Assembly: GCA_963739455.1 (NCBI GenBank)
Contig: CAVUAK010000001.1
Span: 1 to 64,000, forward strand
Reading direction: 5' to 3'
DNA from: an uncultured Gemmatimonadales bacterium
GTDB taxonomy: Bacteria; Gemmatimonadota; Gemmatimonadetes; Gemmatimonadales; GWC2-71-9
Length of the DNA: 64,000 nt
In this document: piece by piece, positions 1 through 10,524 of the stretch
How positions within the stretch are numbered: position 1 is the first letter of the stretch
Layout: every line of letters begins with the position of its first letter
Program-made: the position numbers and the translations under genes
The notes under the pieces: generated by a model
Databases searched by the model: none
Told to the model about the DNA's origin: nothing
What the model saw: the letters and a program-made list of their open reading frames with translations, nothing else

Positions 1-477
1 CTCCAGGCTGAGGCTAGCGCCTGTCACCATGGAGAATCCGGTGTAGGAAACGCGATCGATGACGGTACCCTCGAAGACCAGCGTGACCTCGTCTCCGTCG
101 TTGCCCAGGGTGAAGCCGGAGCCATAGGAGTAGTTCAGCACCACGCCGCCATTCGAGGCAGTGCTGCCGTCGCGTCCCATGACCACATAGCCCCCGGCGG
201 GAACGATCATGGCGAGGTTGACCGTAACGCTCTCGGTTCCGTCGTCGCGTAGCACGAGGCCTCGCAGGTCGATCGGCGTCGCCGTCGGATTGTAGAGCTC
301 GATCCATTCACCCTGCAGGTCATCCACTGCACCGGGATTCGCCATGATCTCGGTGATGACAAGTGAGCCCGGTGTGGGGGCAATGGGATCGGGATCGCCG
401 CCGGGACCTGCATCGGAGCCGCATCCTGCGATCATCATCGCGATAGCCATTCCGAGCATTGTCCTTGTCGCAAGCAT
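1..477 (-). CDS. Lamin-tail-domain (LTD) lipoprotein, 3' end outside window
   Basis: Translated by hand (not in ORF track): MLATRTMLGMAIAMMIAGC lipobox, then LVITEIMANP...GEWIELYN...IDLRGLVLRD...FTLGNDGDEV, the LTD signature. GGAG RBS before ATG 477. Confidence 0.8.
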   Translation of the reverse strand, partial: MLATRTMLGMAIAMMIAGCGSDAGPGGDPDPIAPTPGSLVITEIMANPGAVDDLQGEWIELYNPTATPIDLRGLVLRDDGTESVTVNLAMIVPAGGYVVMGRDGSTASNGGVVLNYSYGSGFTLGNDGDEVTLVFEGTVIDRVSYTGFSMVTGASLSLE

Positions 478-832
478 GTCCAGTCTCCCATGGTCCATCG
501 TTGGTTTGAGGCCTCATACCTAACGCGCAGGACCGGCCCGAATCGAGCCATTGCCCGCGCCATCCGAGACACCACAGGGAGAGGGCACGTCGAGGGATCG
601 CTCAGAAGGGACCGGGTACTACCGACGGCGACACAACGCCTTGACGCGGGGTATCAGGCGAGGGAACGTCCACCTGCGGGGAGATGACGGCGCGAGCATG
701 GGTGGACTGGCGGTGGACAGCAACCTGGGTTGGAAGGGCGCGGCGTCGTACGTGGCGACGGTTCCAGCGGTTCCAGCACCTGCGGGAGCACCTGGCGAAG
801 GATGGCTTCAATATCGGGATGCCGACGGGGAA

Positions 833-1426
833 CTAGCCGAACGATACAGGTGGCACCAGGGTGTTGGCTGAGCGACGACCCCAGAGCTCGACGAACATCG
901 CCGGCAGGTCGATGACGAGGGGAGGCAGGTCAGCTGCCGGCCGCCAAGTGATGTCGCCGTCGAGCAGTTCGGGGCGCTCGTCGCCGGGGCGCCAGCGTTC
1001 CACCACCCGTGCGTCGGGATCGACCACCCAGAATTCCGGGACGCCGGCGCGCTGATAGTAGCGACGCTTGAAGGCGCGGTCGTAGCGAGCGGTTGATGGG
1101 GAGAGCACCTCGATGGCGAGTACGGGCAAAGGGGCCGCATCCCAGGTACGTGGGAGGGCACGGCCCGGAAGGACGAAAATGTCGGGCTGGGCCACCTGAC
1201 GTCCGTCCAAGCTGAGGTCTGCCGGCGAGGTCAGTACGGTTGCGATCGGGTGCAGCTCCAAGTATGGCACCAGTTGGCGTAGCAGCAGCGCGATGGCTCC
1301 CTGATGTGGCGCGGCCGGGGACGGCGTCACAACGAGCGTGCCGTCGAACAGCTCGTAGCGATTGCCGTCGTCGGGCAGGTCGAGCACCTGCTCGCGGGTC
1401 CATCGTGCGGGATGAGGCATGGCCAT
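833..1426 (-). CDS. Uma2 (DUF820) family endonuclease-fold protein
   Basis: WTREQVLDLPDDGNRYELFDG..PSP..HQ, QPDIFV, LAIEVLSPSTARYDRAFKRRYYQRAGVPEFWVVDP. Start approximate. Confidence 0.9.
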   Translation of the reverse strand: MAMPHPARWTREQVLDLPDDGNRYELFDGTLVVTPSPAAPHQGAIALLLRQLVPYLELHPIATVLTSPADLSLDGRQVAQPDIFVLPGRALPRTWDAAPLPVLAIEVLSPSTARYDRAFKRRYYQRAGVPEFWVVDPDARVVERWRPGDERPELLDGDITWRPAADLPPLVIDLPAMFVELWGRRSANTLVPPVSFG

Positions 1427-1552
1427 AGCGTACGCTCGGCGGGGAAGGAATGGCAAGAGGGCATGCGGCAACGTGCGGAATGCCGATGCCCGAGGTGTTA
1501 CTGGAATTGCGCGAGTGGTGCCGCAATGCGGCAGTCGGCGTGAGAGAGCTGT

Positions 1553-3115
1553 TCATGGGTGTGACGGAGGGTCGGCAGGCATTGCCGCGCGACGGGATCG
1601 AAGTGCGTTACCGCGCTTCACAAATCGGTTCCGTTCGTCCAGCAGCGAGTCATATCGAGCCGAGGTGCCGCCGCTGCGGTTCGTAGCCGGCGCGTCGGCC
1701 TCCATTGTCGCCATCTGCCGCTCGAGCTCCTGTATCCTCACGTTGATCGCCTCGATCGAATCTCCGAGAGCGGCGTAAGGTGTTCTTTCGGCGAAAGGGT
1801 CTACCACTTCGGCCTGGTAGTACTCGGAAGGTCGTACGGCGGTCAGAGGCGGCGGCGCCGTGATGGCGGCAGGCAAGGAACTGACGCGGGCGGCCGGCGC
1901 CGGACCAAGAAGGGTTCCTCCGACCAGATCAGTGGCTGTGGCATGACGAGGGGGAGGATAGTAGGGCGCCGGGTCGTAACCGTCCGGCCCCGTGTTGAAG
2001 ACCGACTTGAATAGCGAAACAACGAGAACAAGCACTCCCCAGATGATCACGTTGCGACGGACCGCGTCAACTGCGCTCGGCGGTGCGACCGCCGGCGGGC
2101 GGATCCCCTGCGATTCCAGGTGAGTGCGGAGAGCATACAGCGCGCCGTCTGGCGCAAAGGACAGGTGACTGGTCACCAGCTGCAGGACCTGCTCATCATT
2201 CCGGGCAGCGAGGTGCAACGCGACCTCCGAGAGCGCGGCGTAGTCGGCGTCATGCGGCTGCAGCATTGCCCCCACCAGCGCGACCCGCCTGCCATAGGCA
2301 AAGTTGCCGGTCCGCACGAGCTGGAACGCGATCTGTCCCAGCATCCAGGCCACGTACTGCTGTTCCTCCGGTTCGGAACCCAGCCCGCGGAGTTGCGCCA
2401 GCAACTTGTTCACCGCATGGCTGTCTGCCTGTCCAATACAGAGTTCCAGCAAGCGCGTGAGGTAGCGCAAGTGCTTGAAGGCAACCTTCCGCTCGGCACC
2501 GATGGCCTCGGTGAGTCGGCTCCTGGCCTCAGCCACCAATCCCCGATCAACAAGGCAGTCGACCGCCCCAAGAACAAACGGAGTTGCGTCCTGATGCTGC
2601 ATCGTCGCGAGGTCAACTGCCCGTTCGAAGCATCGCCCGGCTTCCTCGAACTGCTGCAGCAGCTTCTGTGCGTGCCCGGCATTGGCATAGACACCGGCCG
2701 ACGCACCTCCCTCCCGGATGAGGTGCTGAAACTCGCCAAGGGCACGCTCCGACTCATTCAGGTGCAGAAAACAGACGCCAAGCTGATTCCGGGCGAATGC
2801 CATGTCCGGACGTGCAGCCAGCACCTGCTGCAACGGCTCCACCGCCGCCTGGTAATTCTCCTCCTTCATGGCCTTCATGGCCGATTCGAACAATGCGGAC
2901 AGCGCGGGATCAAGCCGCTGATCGTATTGCCTGCGGGTCGCGGCGTCGCTCAGTGTCTCGTACGCCTGACGGACCCGCTTGAACTCTTCGGGCGCCCGCT
3001 CGGGAGTGTACTGGCGCACCAGGGCACGATACGCCCGGCGCACGTCGTCCTGGGTCGCCTCGGGGACGAGTCCCAGCCGCAGGTAGAAGTCATCCGAGGC
3101 GAGGTCGGGCGTCAT
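1553..3115 (-). CDS. J-domain protein with TPRs, one TM helix and C-terminal coiled coil
   Basis: DFYLRLGL..ATQDDVRRAYRALVRQYTPERAPEEFKRVRQAYETLSD..RRQYD (J domain, HPD position reads TPE); TPR-like helices; hydrophobic VIIWGVLVLVVSLF; ATGA overlap with Hsp70 stop. Confidence 0.85.
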   Translation of the reverse strand: MTPDLASDDFYLRLGLVPEATQDDVRRAYRALVRQYTPERAPEEFKRVRQAYETLSDAATRRQYDQRLDPALSALFESAMKAMKEENYQAAVEPLQQVLAARPDMAFARNQLGVCFLHLNESERALGEFQHLIREGGASAGVYANAGHAQKLLQQFEEAGRCFERAVDLATMQHQDATPFVLGAVDCLVDRGLVAEARSRLTEAIGAERKVAFKHLRYLTRLLELCIGQADSHAVNKLLAQLRGLGSEPEEQQYVAWMLGQIAFQLVRTGNFAYGRRVALVGAMLQPHDADYAALSEVALHLAARNDEQVLQLVTSHLSFAPDGALYALRTHLESQGIRPPAVAPPSAVDAVRRNVIIWGVLVLVVSLFKSVFNTGPDGYDPAPYYPPPRHATATDLVGGTLLGPAPAARVSSLPAAITAPPPLTAVRPSEYYQAEVVDPFAERTPYAALGDSIEAINVRIQELERQMATMEADAPATNRSGGTSARYDSLLDERNRFVKRGNALRSRRAAMPADPPSHP

Positions 3116-4668
3116 GTCTCGCCCGGATGGTCGCGCTGCCAGCGCTCCTGGAGCCGAGACTGTGCCGCCTTCATGTCGTCGGGCGACAATCGCTCCTTGG
3201 TCGGGTGCATCCGGGCTTCGACCTGGCGCCCCGAGTCCAGGTCACGAACCCGCACCTGGAGGGTCTCGCTCAGGTCGTAGCTGAACTCGATCTCCAATTC
3301 CTGTCCAGCCGGTCCCGCGGTGATGGCGTCGTGGCTCACCTCTCCCACAAAGACATTGTCATCCACCGAGGCGCCCTCGCCCTGGAAGACCCGCACCACC
3401 ACCCTGGTCTGGCCGTCCTGGTGCGTTTGATACGTCTTCCTGACGGTTCGCGGAATGGTCTGATGCTGCATGATGAGTGGATCGAAGACGTCATGCCGAG
3501 GCGGTCGTCCCTCCGTGATCTCGGTGATGGCCACGCCGAGGGTCCAGCTCGAGACGTCGGTGACCACGAGCTGGCCGGGATCAATGGCATGCGTCACCAG
3601 CCCGGCAACCACCGCCGCCCCGAGCGCCACAGCCTCGTCCGGATTCACCTCGGTCCGAAGGGTGCGCCCACCGAAGAACTCGCTCACGATCTTCCGAACC
3701 AGCGGCACCCTGGTGGATCCACCAACGAGGAGGATGGTATTGACCTGCGAAGGCGAGACGCCCTTCACGGCGAGGGCCTGGTCGAGCAGCACCCGGGTGG
3801 AGAGGACCAGATCCTCCACCAGTCGCTCGAAGGTGACCCGGGCCAGCTCGAACTCGAGGTTGACGGGTTCCCCTGACGCGGCGAGCCCGATGAAGGGCAT
3901 GCTGATCGTGACCGACTCGGAGCCGGACAAATCCTCCTTCGCCTTCTTCGCCGTCGCCTTGAGCCGCTGGCGCAATGCCACGGAGCCCTCGAGATCGACG
4001 TCGACCAGGCGTCGGCACTCGGATGCGATCCAGTTCATGAGCCGTTCGTCGAAATCCTTGCCGCCAAGCCTGTCGTCGCCCACGCTCGACAGTACGTCGA
4101 TTACGCCCTCGCTCAGCTCGAGGAGCGTCACGTCGAGGGTGCCACCCCCAAGGTCATAGACGATGATTCGCTCATCGGCACCGGGTCGCTCCAGGCCGTA
4201 GGCGATGGACGCTGCGGTCGGCTCATTGATGAGGCGCCTGACCCGCAGGCCCGCCAGTTCTCCCGCGTCGAGCGTGGCGCGGCGCTGCAGTTCATTGAAT
4301 CGCGCGGGGACGGTGATCACGACATCGGTCACCGGCTCACCCAGGTACCGCTCGGCCTCGACCTTCAGGTGGCGAAGGATCATGGCCGATATTTCCTGCG
4401 GACTGTGCTCCATGCCGGCCATGGGGATGCGAACCGGCTTTCCCATCTCCCGTTTCACCTCCGCGACCGAAAAGCCGGGCCTCGCCAGCGCCATGGCTTC
4501 GGCAGGTTCCCCGATTCGCAGCTCGCCGCTGGCCCCGACGCCGACGACGGACGGCAGCACACCCTGACGCGAGCCTGCCACCTCGCGGATGATGAGCGGG
4601 CGTCCATGCCTCAGGATGGCGACCTCGGAGGTCGAGGTGCCCAGGTCGATGCCGATGATCGCGCCCAT
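3112..4668 (-). CDS. Hsp70-family chaperone (accessory DnaK/HscC-like), lacks alpha-helical lid
   Basis: IIGIDLGTSTS, TVPARF, LINEPTAA, YDLGGGTLDV, LGGKDFD, LLVGGSTRVP, NPDEAVALGAA; 518 aa, ends shortly after the beta substrate-binding domain. Confidence 0.95.
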   Translation of the reverse strand: MGAIIGIDLGTSTSEVAILRHGRPLIIREVAGSRQGVLPSVVGVGASGELRIGEPAEAMALARPGFSVAEVKREMGKPVRIPMAGMEHSPQEISAMILRHLKVEAERYLGEPVTDVVITVPARFNELQRRATLDAGELAGLRVRRLINEPTAASIAYGLERPGADERIIVYDLGGGTLDVTLLELSEGVIDVLSSVGDDRLGGKDFDERLMNWIASECRRLVDVDLEGSVALRQRLKATAKKAKEDLSGSESVTISMPFIGLAASGEPVNLEFELARVTFERLVEDLVLSTRVLLDQALAVKGVSPSQVNTILLVGGSTRVPLVRKIVSEFFGGRTLRTEVNPDEAVALGAAVVAGLVTHAIDPGQLVVTDVSSWTLGVAITEITEGRPPRHDVFDPLIMQHQTIPRTVRKTYQTHQDGQTRVVVRVFQGEGASVDDNVFVGEVSHDAITAGPAGQELEIEFSYDLSETLQVRVRDLDSGRQVEARMHPTKERLSPDDMKAAQSRLQERWQRDHPGET

Positions 4669-5022
4669 TCAGATACCTCGGTAGCTGGTGACCACCTGCG
4701 CCCGGCGGAGGAGGGAGCCACGGTGGAAGAAGCCGCGACGAACCAACTGCACGACCTGGAACGGGTCATTTCCATCGGCCGCTGCGACGCGATCTACCGC
4801 CTCATGAATGACTTCATCGAAAGGGACGCCAATGGCAGGCACCTCAAGGACGCCAATGGTGCCAAGCGTCCGGAGAACTTCAGCCTGAATGAGGGCCAGG
4901 TGCCTTGACCACACCGGGTCGCCCAGCTGGTGGCCCAGCAGGGCGGCATTGTCGATGTAGTCGATCAGCCGAAGCAGCGCCTCGAGTGTTTCGGGCCGAT
5001 CAGATGCGCCTTCGTGGATCAC
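4669..5022 (-). CDS. Short GrpE-like nucleotide exchange factor
   Basis: GVPFDEVIHEAV and VRRGF..RGSLLRRAQVV match the GrpE head; GGGAGA RBS before GTG; stop abuts the Hsp70 ATG. Confidence 0.8.
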   Translation of the reverse strand: MIHEGASDRPETLEALLRLIDYIDNAALLGHQLGDPVWSRHLALIQAEVLRTLGTIGVLEVPAIGVPFDEVIHEAVDRVAAADGNDPFQVVQLVRRGFFHRGSLLRRAQVVTSYRGI

Positions 5023-5048
5023 GGTGATTCTCCCAGGACATCGGGTCT

Positions 5049-6281
5049 TCAGGGAGTGCTGAAGCCCCAGCGGACGATGCTGCGCGATTCATCGCCGTCT
5101 GCCGGCGACATCAGTGAGCCAGGGTAGAAACCAAAGGGCCACGGGCGGGTGCCGCCCCCTGCCACGACGCTATAGGTGAGCGGCACACCGGCGCGCAGGG
5201 CCCACGCAGGCTGAAAGCCGGGCAGCGAGGTGAGGTCGGGAAGCGTAATGACCCAGGCAGATGGCAGTGACCCGAAGTATTCAGCAGCGACAGTGATTTC
5301 GTTGATGCGTTCGGCATCAGGACCGGTGTTGAAGCTCGCGAGCGCCCATCGGCCATACTCGGGCTGCACAGGGAGCGTCAGCGTGGGGAACAGATAGGGG
5401 CCGGCGACGCGGACGGTGACTGTCGGTTCGGGCAGCGACGGACCGAGAGTGACCGTCCGGTCGACAACGTCACGGAAGAAGAAGTCCGCATGGCGATACT
5501 CCGAGCGAGGCCTATCACGGTCTGCGACGGAGAGTGCCTGAACGCGGCCAACAGGAAGGCTGCTTGCCGGCACGGCGTCGTAGGTGGCGGTCGTCGCAAT
5601 CGGAACGCCGTACGAGAGCCTGCCGATGGCCCCGAAGGTGGTGTAGACCTCGCTCTCGACGCCATCGACGTCGGTGACAGTGATGTTCGCATGCGCGCCG
5701 GCGATCGCTTCCGTCGACGTGAAGTCGAGCGGGGCGATGGCGGCGCCATCGGGAAGATCGACGCCGGTGCGGATGATGTAGCGAACGTCAGCGCCGCGAG
5801 CCATGGCGACGAGGTCCTGCGGCCCGGTCCAGATGCCAGCAAGCTGGAAGGGGCGCGGGGTACCGGGATCATGGCTGAGCCAGGAATATCCCGATGCCGG
5901 GAGGGACACCTCGGCGGTATCCGTCTCGGCCAATCCGGCCACCAGGCCCGTGGCCGTCTTTGATCCGCAATTCGATGCCCGCAGCTGCAGCAACTGCTCG
6001 AGCTGCGCGGGGGTGGCGTAGTAGATGGAGAGGAAGACTGCCTTGATGGCGATGGCGGCGCGATCGGAGTTGAAGGCGAAGCGGTAGGTGTGCGCTCCGC
6101 CATTCGGGACCACGACCCGCCAGGCGCCGTCACCATCCTGCTGGGCAACCCAAGACACTTGAGGTGGGCTGGAGCAGAAGGCGACGGTGAACTCGTGAGC
6201 GCCACCGGGGTCATTGGGTTCGTCGGTTCCGCAGGCGGAAGCCGCCATTGCGAGGGCGAGTGCCGCTCGGCGCAGTCTCAT
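5049..6281 (-). CDS. Hypothetical lipoprotein
   Basis: 410-aa ORF; signal MRLRRAALALAMAASAC; beta-rich; overlaps upstream stop by ATGA. Confidence 0.75.
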   Translation of the reverse strand: MRLRRAALALAMAASACGTDEPNDPGGAHEFTVAFCSSPPQVSWVAQQDGDGAWRVVVPNGGAHTYRFAFNSDRAAIAIKAVFLSIYYATPAQLEQLLQLRASNCGSKTATGLVAGLAETDTAEVSLPASGYSWLSHDPGTPRPFQLAGIWTGPQDLVAMARGADVRYIIRTGVDLPDGAAIAPLDFTSTEAIAGAHANITVTDVDGVESEVYTTFGAIGRLSYGVPIATTATYDAVPASSLPVGRVQALSVADRDRPRSEYRHADFFFRDVVDRTVTLGPSLPEPTVTVRVAGPYLFPTLTLPVQPEYGRWALASFNTGPDAERINEITVAAEYFGSLPSAWVITLPDLTSLPGFQPAWALRAGVPLTYSVVAGGGTRPWPFGFYPGSLMSPADGDESRSIVRWGFSTP

Positions 6282-7329
6282 GGCGCCGACAACCAGACAG
6301 GGTTGCCGGACGGCAGATCCGCGCCGACCTGAGTGCCACCTGTGCCATCGGGCAAGGCTACCCCAACCCTGGCGGTCCAGTTGGTGCTGCTGACGTAGTG
6401 GGATATGAGGTAAAGCAGGTGGCCTCCGTCAGGCGACCAGGGATTGAACGGTGGTGAGCAACACACGCCATTCGCGGTTTGCTGGCCGCTCGCGACGTTG
6501 ATACGAACGAAGCTACCGCTGGGCGAGGCGAGGCCGATGAGCTCGAGACCACTGGGTGACCAGTTCACGCCTGAGTCGTAGTGGAAGTGGTCCGTGACCG
6601 CATTCTCCGTCAGACGCCGAATACCAGTGCCATCGGGATCGATGGTCCAGACGTCTCCGGTCCAGTACTGGTCGTCGGCAACGAAGGCGATCCTGCTGCC
6701 ATCGGGTGACCATGAGGCATACTTGCCGGCTTGTATCGAGTCGGGTGTCAGCTGGTGTAGTTCAGTGCCGGTGCGCGACACGGTGTAGTACCGAGTTACC
6801 GTGGCGTTGAGATTGAAGGCACTGAAGACAAGGCGCGTCCCGTCGGGCGACCAGCTGGCGCGCCACACAAAGAGCGAATCGGGCGTGATCACCTGATAGG
6901 TGGGGCTTCCAGGCGGCGCAATTGCCAGCTGATCGATGTTCTGATCGGTGAACAAGGTCAGGATCCAGGCGAGCGACGCTCCGTCAGGAGCCCGGTAGGG
7001 ACCTTCCGCCTGGGCATATGCCGACGGCGCCGTGAACGGCATTGCTGCACCACTGCTCGCGGGCAGCAGGCGCCACCCTCCGGTGACCTGGAAGAGGATC
7101 CGGTTGTCGGATGCGACGAAGAGCGGGCCAAAGCTCGGGCCGTCGAACCGGACCTTGCGCCCGTACCGTCTATGGAGACCTGTACGATTCGACCGGAATC
7201 GGAGAGGAAGTTCTCCTGATAAACCAGCTGCTGGAGGGGTGCGTCCGGGGCACCCCCGTCACCACAGGCGGCGACCAGAATTCCGATCGCTGGAAGGACC
7301 ATCGAACGCGAGTTCCATGAGCAAGACAT
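6278..7329 (-). CDS. TolB-like/PD40 beta-propeller lipoprotein (frameshifted near 7.1 kb)
   Basis: N-terminus MSCSWNSRSMVLPAIGILVAAC in one frame; repeated SWSPDG motifs in ORF 6278..7042. Confidence 0.75.
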
Positions 7330-7457
7330 GCGTCTCCTTCTTCTCGGCGTAGTCGCGCAACCTTCGAGGGCACGCAACTCCATGAACAACGGTACCGGCG
7401 CGGACGTGCTGGCGTCACGCCTAGGTCGAATGACCCATAGAATATTTGCGACAGCGC

Positions 7458-7979
7458 TCAGCGTGTCCTGACCATTTCCCAGGTGCCGTGGACTGCGTGA
7501 TCATCGGGACGCCCAAGAATGGGGAGGTAGACCTCGCCAGCGAGCCGATCGGACGAGATGGTTGTGGCCCGGTAGCTGATGGACACCTCCTGGTAGGCAC
7601 CAGGCCGAGGGCGCATTGTGACGCTGTCTGCGAAATTCTCCAGGAAGAAGCTGCGCTGACCCTGCAACGAGCTCGGTTCAGCGAACACGCCGTCGACCAC
7701 GCAGCTCACTGTTCCCCCATACGGTTCTTCCGCGCCGTAAATACTGTCACCGATAAGCAGAAAGACCTGCAAGGGGCGACCCCAGGTCTTGCACACCCTG
7801 GGCGGTACTTCCTCGTTCTGGACCAGCCCGCTGACCGAGTCACTGAGGATCCAATCGCCAGAGAGGTCCGCTGGTACCGGCAGCGGCTCGGGACTGCAGG
7901 CGGTATCAGTCACAATCAGCAGCGCCACGAGACCCAGGCAGGCCAGCGCCGTTGGGCGCGCACCTGTCCGGGCTACCAC
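7458..7979 (-). CDS. Hypothetical lipoprotein
   Basis: Signal/lipobox ..LLIVTDTAC; DLSGDW...GTWEMVR; GTG start overlaps upstream stop. Confidence 0.65.
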   Translation of the reverse strand: MVARTGARPTALACLGLVALLIVTDTACSPEPLPVPADLSGDWILSDSVSGLVQNEEVPPRVCKTWGRPLQVFLLIGDSIYGAEEPYGGTVSCVVDGVFAEPSSLQGQRSFFLENFADSVTMRPRPGAYQEVSISYRATTISSDRLAGEVYLPILGRPDDHAVHGTWEMVRTR

Positions 7980-8777
7980 GTGACACCTCCCGCCACAGCC
8001 TGCCGCACGACGAAGGTGTAGCTGGAGGGAAGGTTGGAGATGCCCTGCACCCGCAGGACAAGCGGATCGGCAGCGACCGTGAAGAGTCCGGTTCCATTTT
8101 CCTCGAGCGGCACGCCCATTTCCGGGGCACTCACGCCGCGGATTTCCTGCACGCTGCCTCGATCGAAGAATCCCAGCGAAAAGCTGCCTGCGGCACCGAG
8201 GCCGGCGTTGGAGAGGTACGCAGCGAGGTGCTTCCCTTCGTGTCCCACGAGGGGGTACTCGTCGATGTCGGCGCTGGTCTCCAGGTCTTCCCCGCTCCGG
8301 ACCTGCTCCAGGATGATCGCCGGCGCGCCGTGCTCCGGGGCCCGGTTGACGGGATACACGAACAGGCGATAGCGCAGGCTGGCGTCCGTCCCGGGTCCCT
8401 CGCGTGACACGACGACGTTCACGGTCTTGCCGGTGGCCACGACGAACCGGTCGGTGCGGTTCGCGAGGAGCACCGGGCTTTCCGCGTACAGGGCGGGGCT
8501 CAGGCCAAGGTCAATTCCTTCAACCAGGGTCCGCAGGTGGAGCGGGCCATCCACGCCCTGCACGAAGATCGCGATCTCGGCGCTGGTGGAGAGGGTCAGG
8601 TGGTGCGACCGGCTCACCTGTCCCGGCGGGCAGCTCCAGCGTGGGCGTGGTGTCGCCGAGGGCGATGTCGATCGGGCCCACAGTGGTCGGGAGGTCGTAT
8701 GGCTCACCGGGATGGCACGCCGAGGCGGTGCCGGCGAGCAGTACGAGCAGCGAACGTGAGTACCATGAGCATGACAT
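7973..8777 (-). CDS. Hypothetical lipoprotein (frameshift near 8.6 kb)
   Basis: N-terminus MSCSWYSRSLLVLLAGTASAC with AAGGAG RBS; continues in the frame of ORF 7973..8707. Confidence 0.6.
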
Positions 8778-9026
8778 GTCGCTCCTTGCTATCAGCGTAG
8801 TCCCGTTGACCGGTGTGGAGTGGACATGGGACAAGCTGCAGGGGCGGCGTCTCCTGCCCGTGACCTGAGCGTTTCGGCCGGATGGAGAGGTGAGACGAGG
8901 CGAAGGGAGCTTCTGGGGTAGTGCGGCGGGAGGGTGAAGTCGACGGCACAAATGGCCCACGATGAAAAACAAAGGGCGATCAGTCGCCTGATCGCCCTGC
9001 CCTCTTGAGGCGGTACAGCGGGCACG

Positions 9027-9224
9027 CTACTCGTCGGCCTGAGGTGGGCGCGGTCCGCTCACCGCGGCGAGGAGTTCGGCGCGCATTTCATCGAGGCGAC
9101 GAACGGCGGCGCGAAGTGCTGGAGACACACTGGATGCCATGGGGGATCGGGGCGCACTCCAGCGGCGCCGGTCGGCGGTCGCGACAGGCTGCTGGTCAAC
9201 TGGCAGTTCGACTGACTCCTCCAT
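9027..9224 (-). CDS. Small hypothetical protein
   Basis: GAGGAG RBS before ATG 9224; helical C-terminus. Confidence 0.4.
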   Translation of the reverse strand: MEESVELPVDQQPVATADRRRWSAPRSPMASSVSPALRAAVRRLDEMRAELLAAVSGPRPPQADE

Positions 9225-9320
9225 GGCGCTCCTCAAGTTTGCCGGGTTGCTGTAGTTGCCGCCGCCACGCAGGCGGTACGTCAAGGGCCGGGCCGAAGTG
9301 CGCTGTGCTAGACAGCACCC

Positions 9321-9731
9321 TCAGATTGGCCGCACCAGATAACCGAGAACGAGTCCCACGAGCACAGCGCCAGTGCCAAAGATGACGAGGCCAGATGTCG
9401 TCGTCAGGGGCCCGCCATGAAACCCGAACACGGCGACGAGACAGGCGCCGAAATACGCTCCAACCGTAACGATGCCAGTCACGTATGGTCCTACGACTGG
9501 AATTCGCATCAGGGTGCGGTTCGTTATCGTCCAGACGCCACCGCGAATGCCCCGGCCAGGCTGGCAAGAAGCACCGCAAGGAGAAGACTGAGAAATGAGA
9601 AAGGCGCAAACACAAGGAGCACCGCAGCCGAACACTGCCCACGCGCCCATGACCACCGCCCCGTAGAAACTGGGCCGGAGCCAATCCGGAAGCAGCTCCC
9701 CAATTTCAACGACGACCTCGTATGTCCTCAT
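9321..9731 (-). CDS. Hypothetical membrane protein
   Basis: 136-aa ORF with several hydrophobic segments. Confidence 0.55.
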   Translation of the reverse strand: MRTYEVVVEIGELLPDWLRPSFYGAVVMGAWAVFGCGAPCVCAFLISQSSPCGASCQPGRGIRGGVWTITNRTLMRIPVVGPYVTGIVTVGAYFGACLVAVFGFHGGPLTTTSGLVIFGTGAVLVGLVLGYLVRPI

Positions 9732-9755
9732 TCCAGCTCACCCTTTCGCGAGCCG

Positions 9756-10516
9756 CTATTGCGGCGGCCCCGCGGACCTGGGGACGGTAGTGTACTGATC
9801 GACAGCCATGAGCTTTGAATCAGTGTAGGTAACCGAGAACTGCGTCCTCACCGGCTCTCCGGCTATGCGCCCCGGCTGGTATTCGCACCCGAGAAGAACC
9901 CTTGTGTAGGCTGGTACAAGGCTCTCCGAGTCAGTCGACCCAATCACCACACTCTGTGATTCCACCCGGCCATCGGCGCCGACCATGTACGAAAGTTCCA
10001 TCTTGCCACCGTCGCTGTCCTTGATCTTGGGGCATGACTTGACCCTCGGCGCCTCCTCCAGCTTTCGAGAGGTGCTCAGGTAGACCCCGGGCTCCGTTGG
10101 CGCGGGCAACAGCGGCCCTGCAGGAGGCGACTTCTCCTGATCGGGCTGGAGCTGCAAGCGGACGACAACGGTGGTTTTCTGCCCGTCGACGCGCGCGGGC
10201 TGCCAGGTGCATCTGCGAGCAGGCGCCTCGCGTAGCTCTCCACGCCTGCATCCGTTCCGGATGCCTTCACGGCCATGACCGTCGCCGTATCGATACGCCC
10301 CACGCTGTCGATGGTGAACGCGACGGTTCCCCATCCCCGCCACCAGCCAACGCGCGCTGCAGGATCAGCGCACTTCTGCAGCTGAGGCGGCCTGGTCGAC
10401 TTCTTCCAATCCGTCGAGTCGGGCATGCCAGCGGTGACGGTCAGCTTGCCGAGCTGACCCGAGGCAGGAGCGGCCAGCAAGAGCCCACAGATGACGGGGA
10501 GTGCGATTCGCAGCAC
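9756..10516 (-). CDS. Secreted protein with two TonB C-terminal-like domains (frameshifted)
   Basis: GTVAFTIDSVGRID..WQPARVDGQK and ELSYMVGADGRVE..YQPGRIAGEPV; signal VLRIALPVICGLLLAAPASG. Confidence 0.65.
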
Positions 10517-10524
10517 TGCGACTC

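Noticed and set aside
551..871. ORF 551..871 (+) as a gene
   Set aside because: Weak start, no recognisable motif, and it overlaps the Uma2 3' end; unsupported.
3112..4668. Housekeeping dnaK
   Set aside because: Too short, lacks the lid, has a deviant linker and atypical partners, so no gene symbol was assigned.
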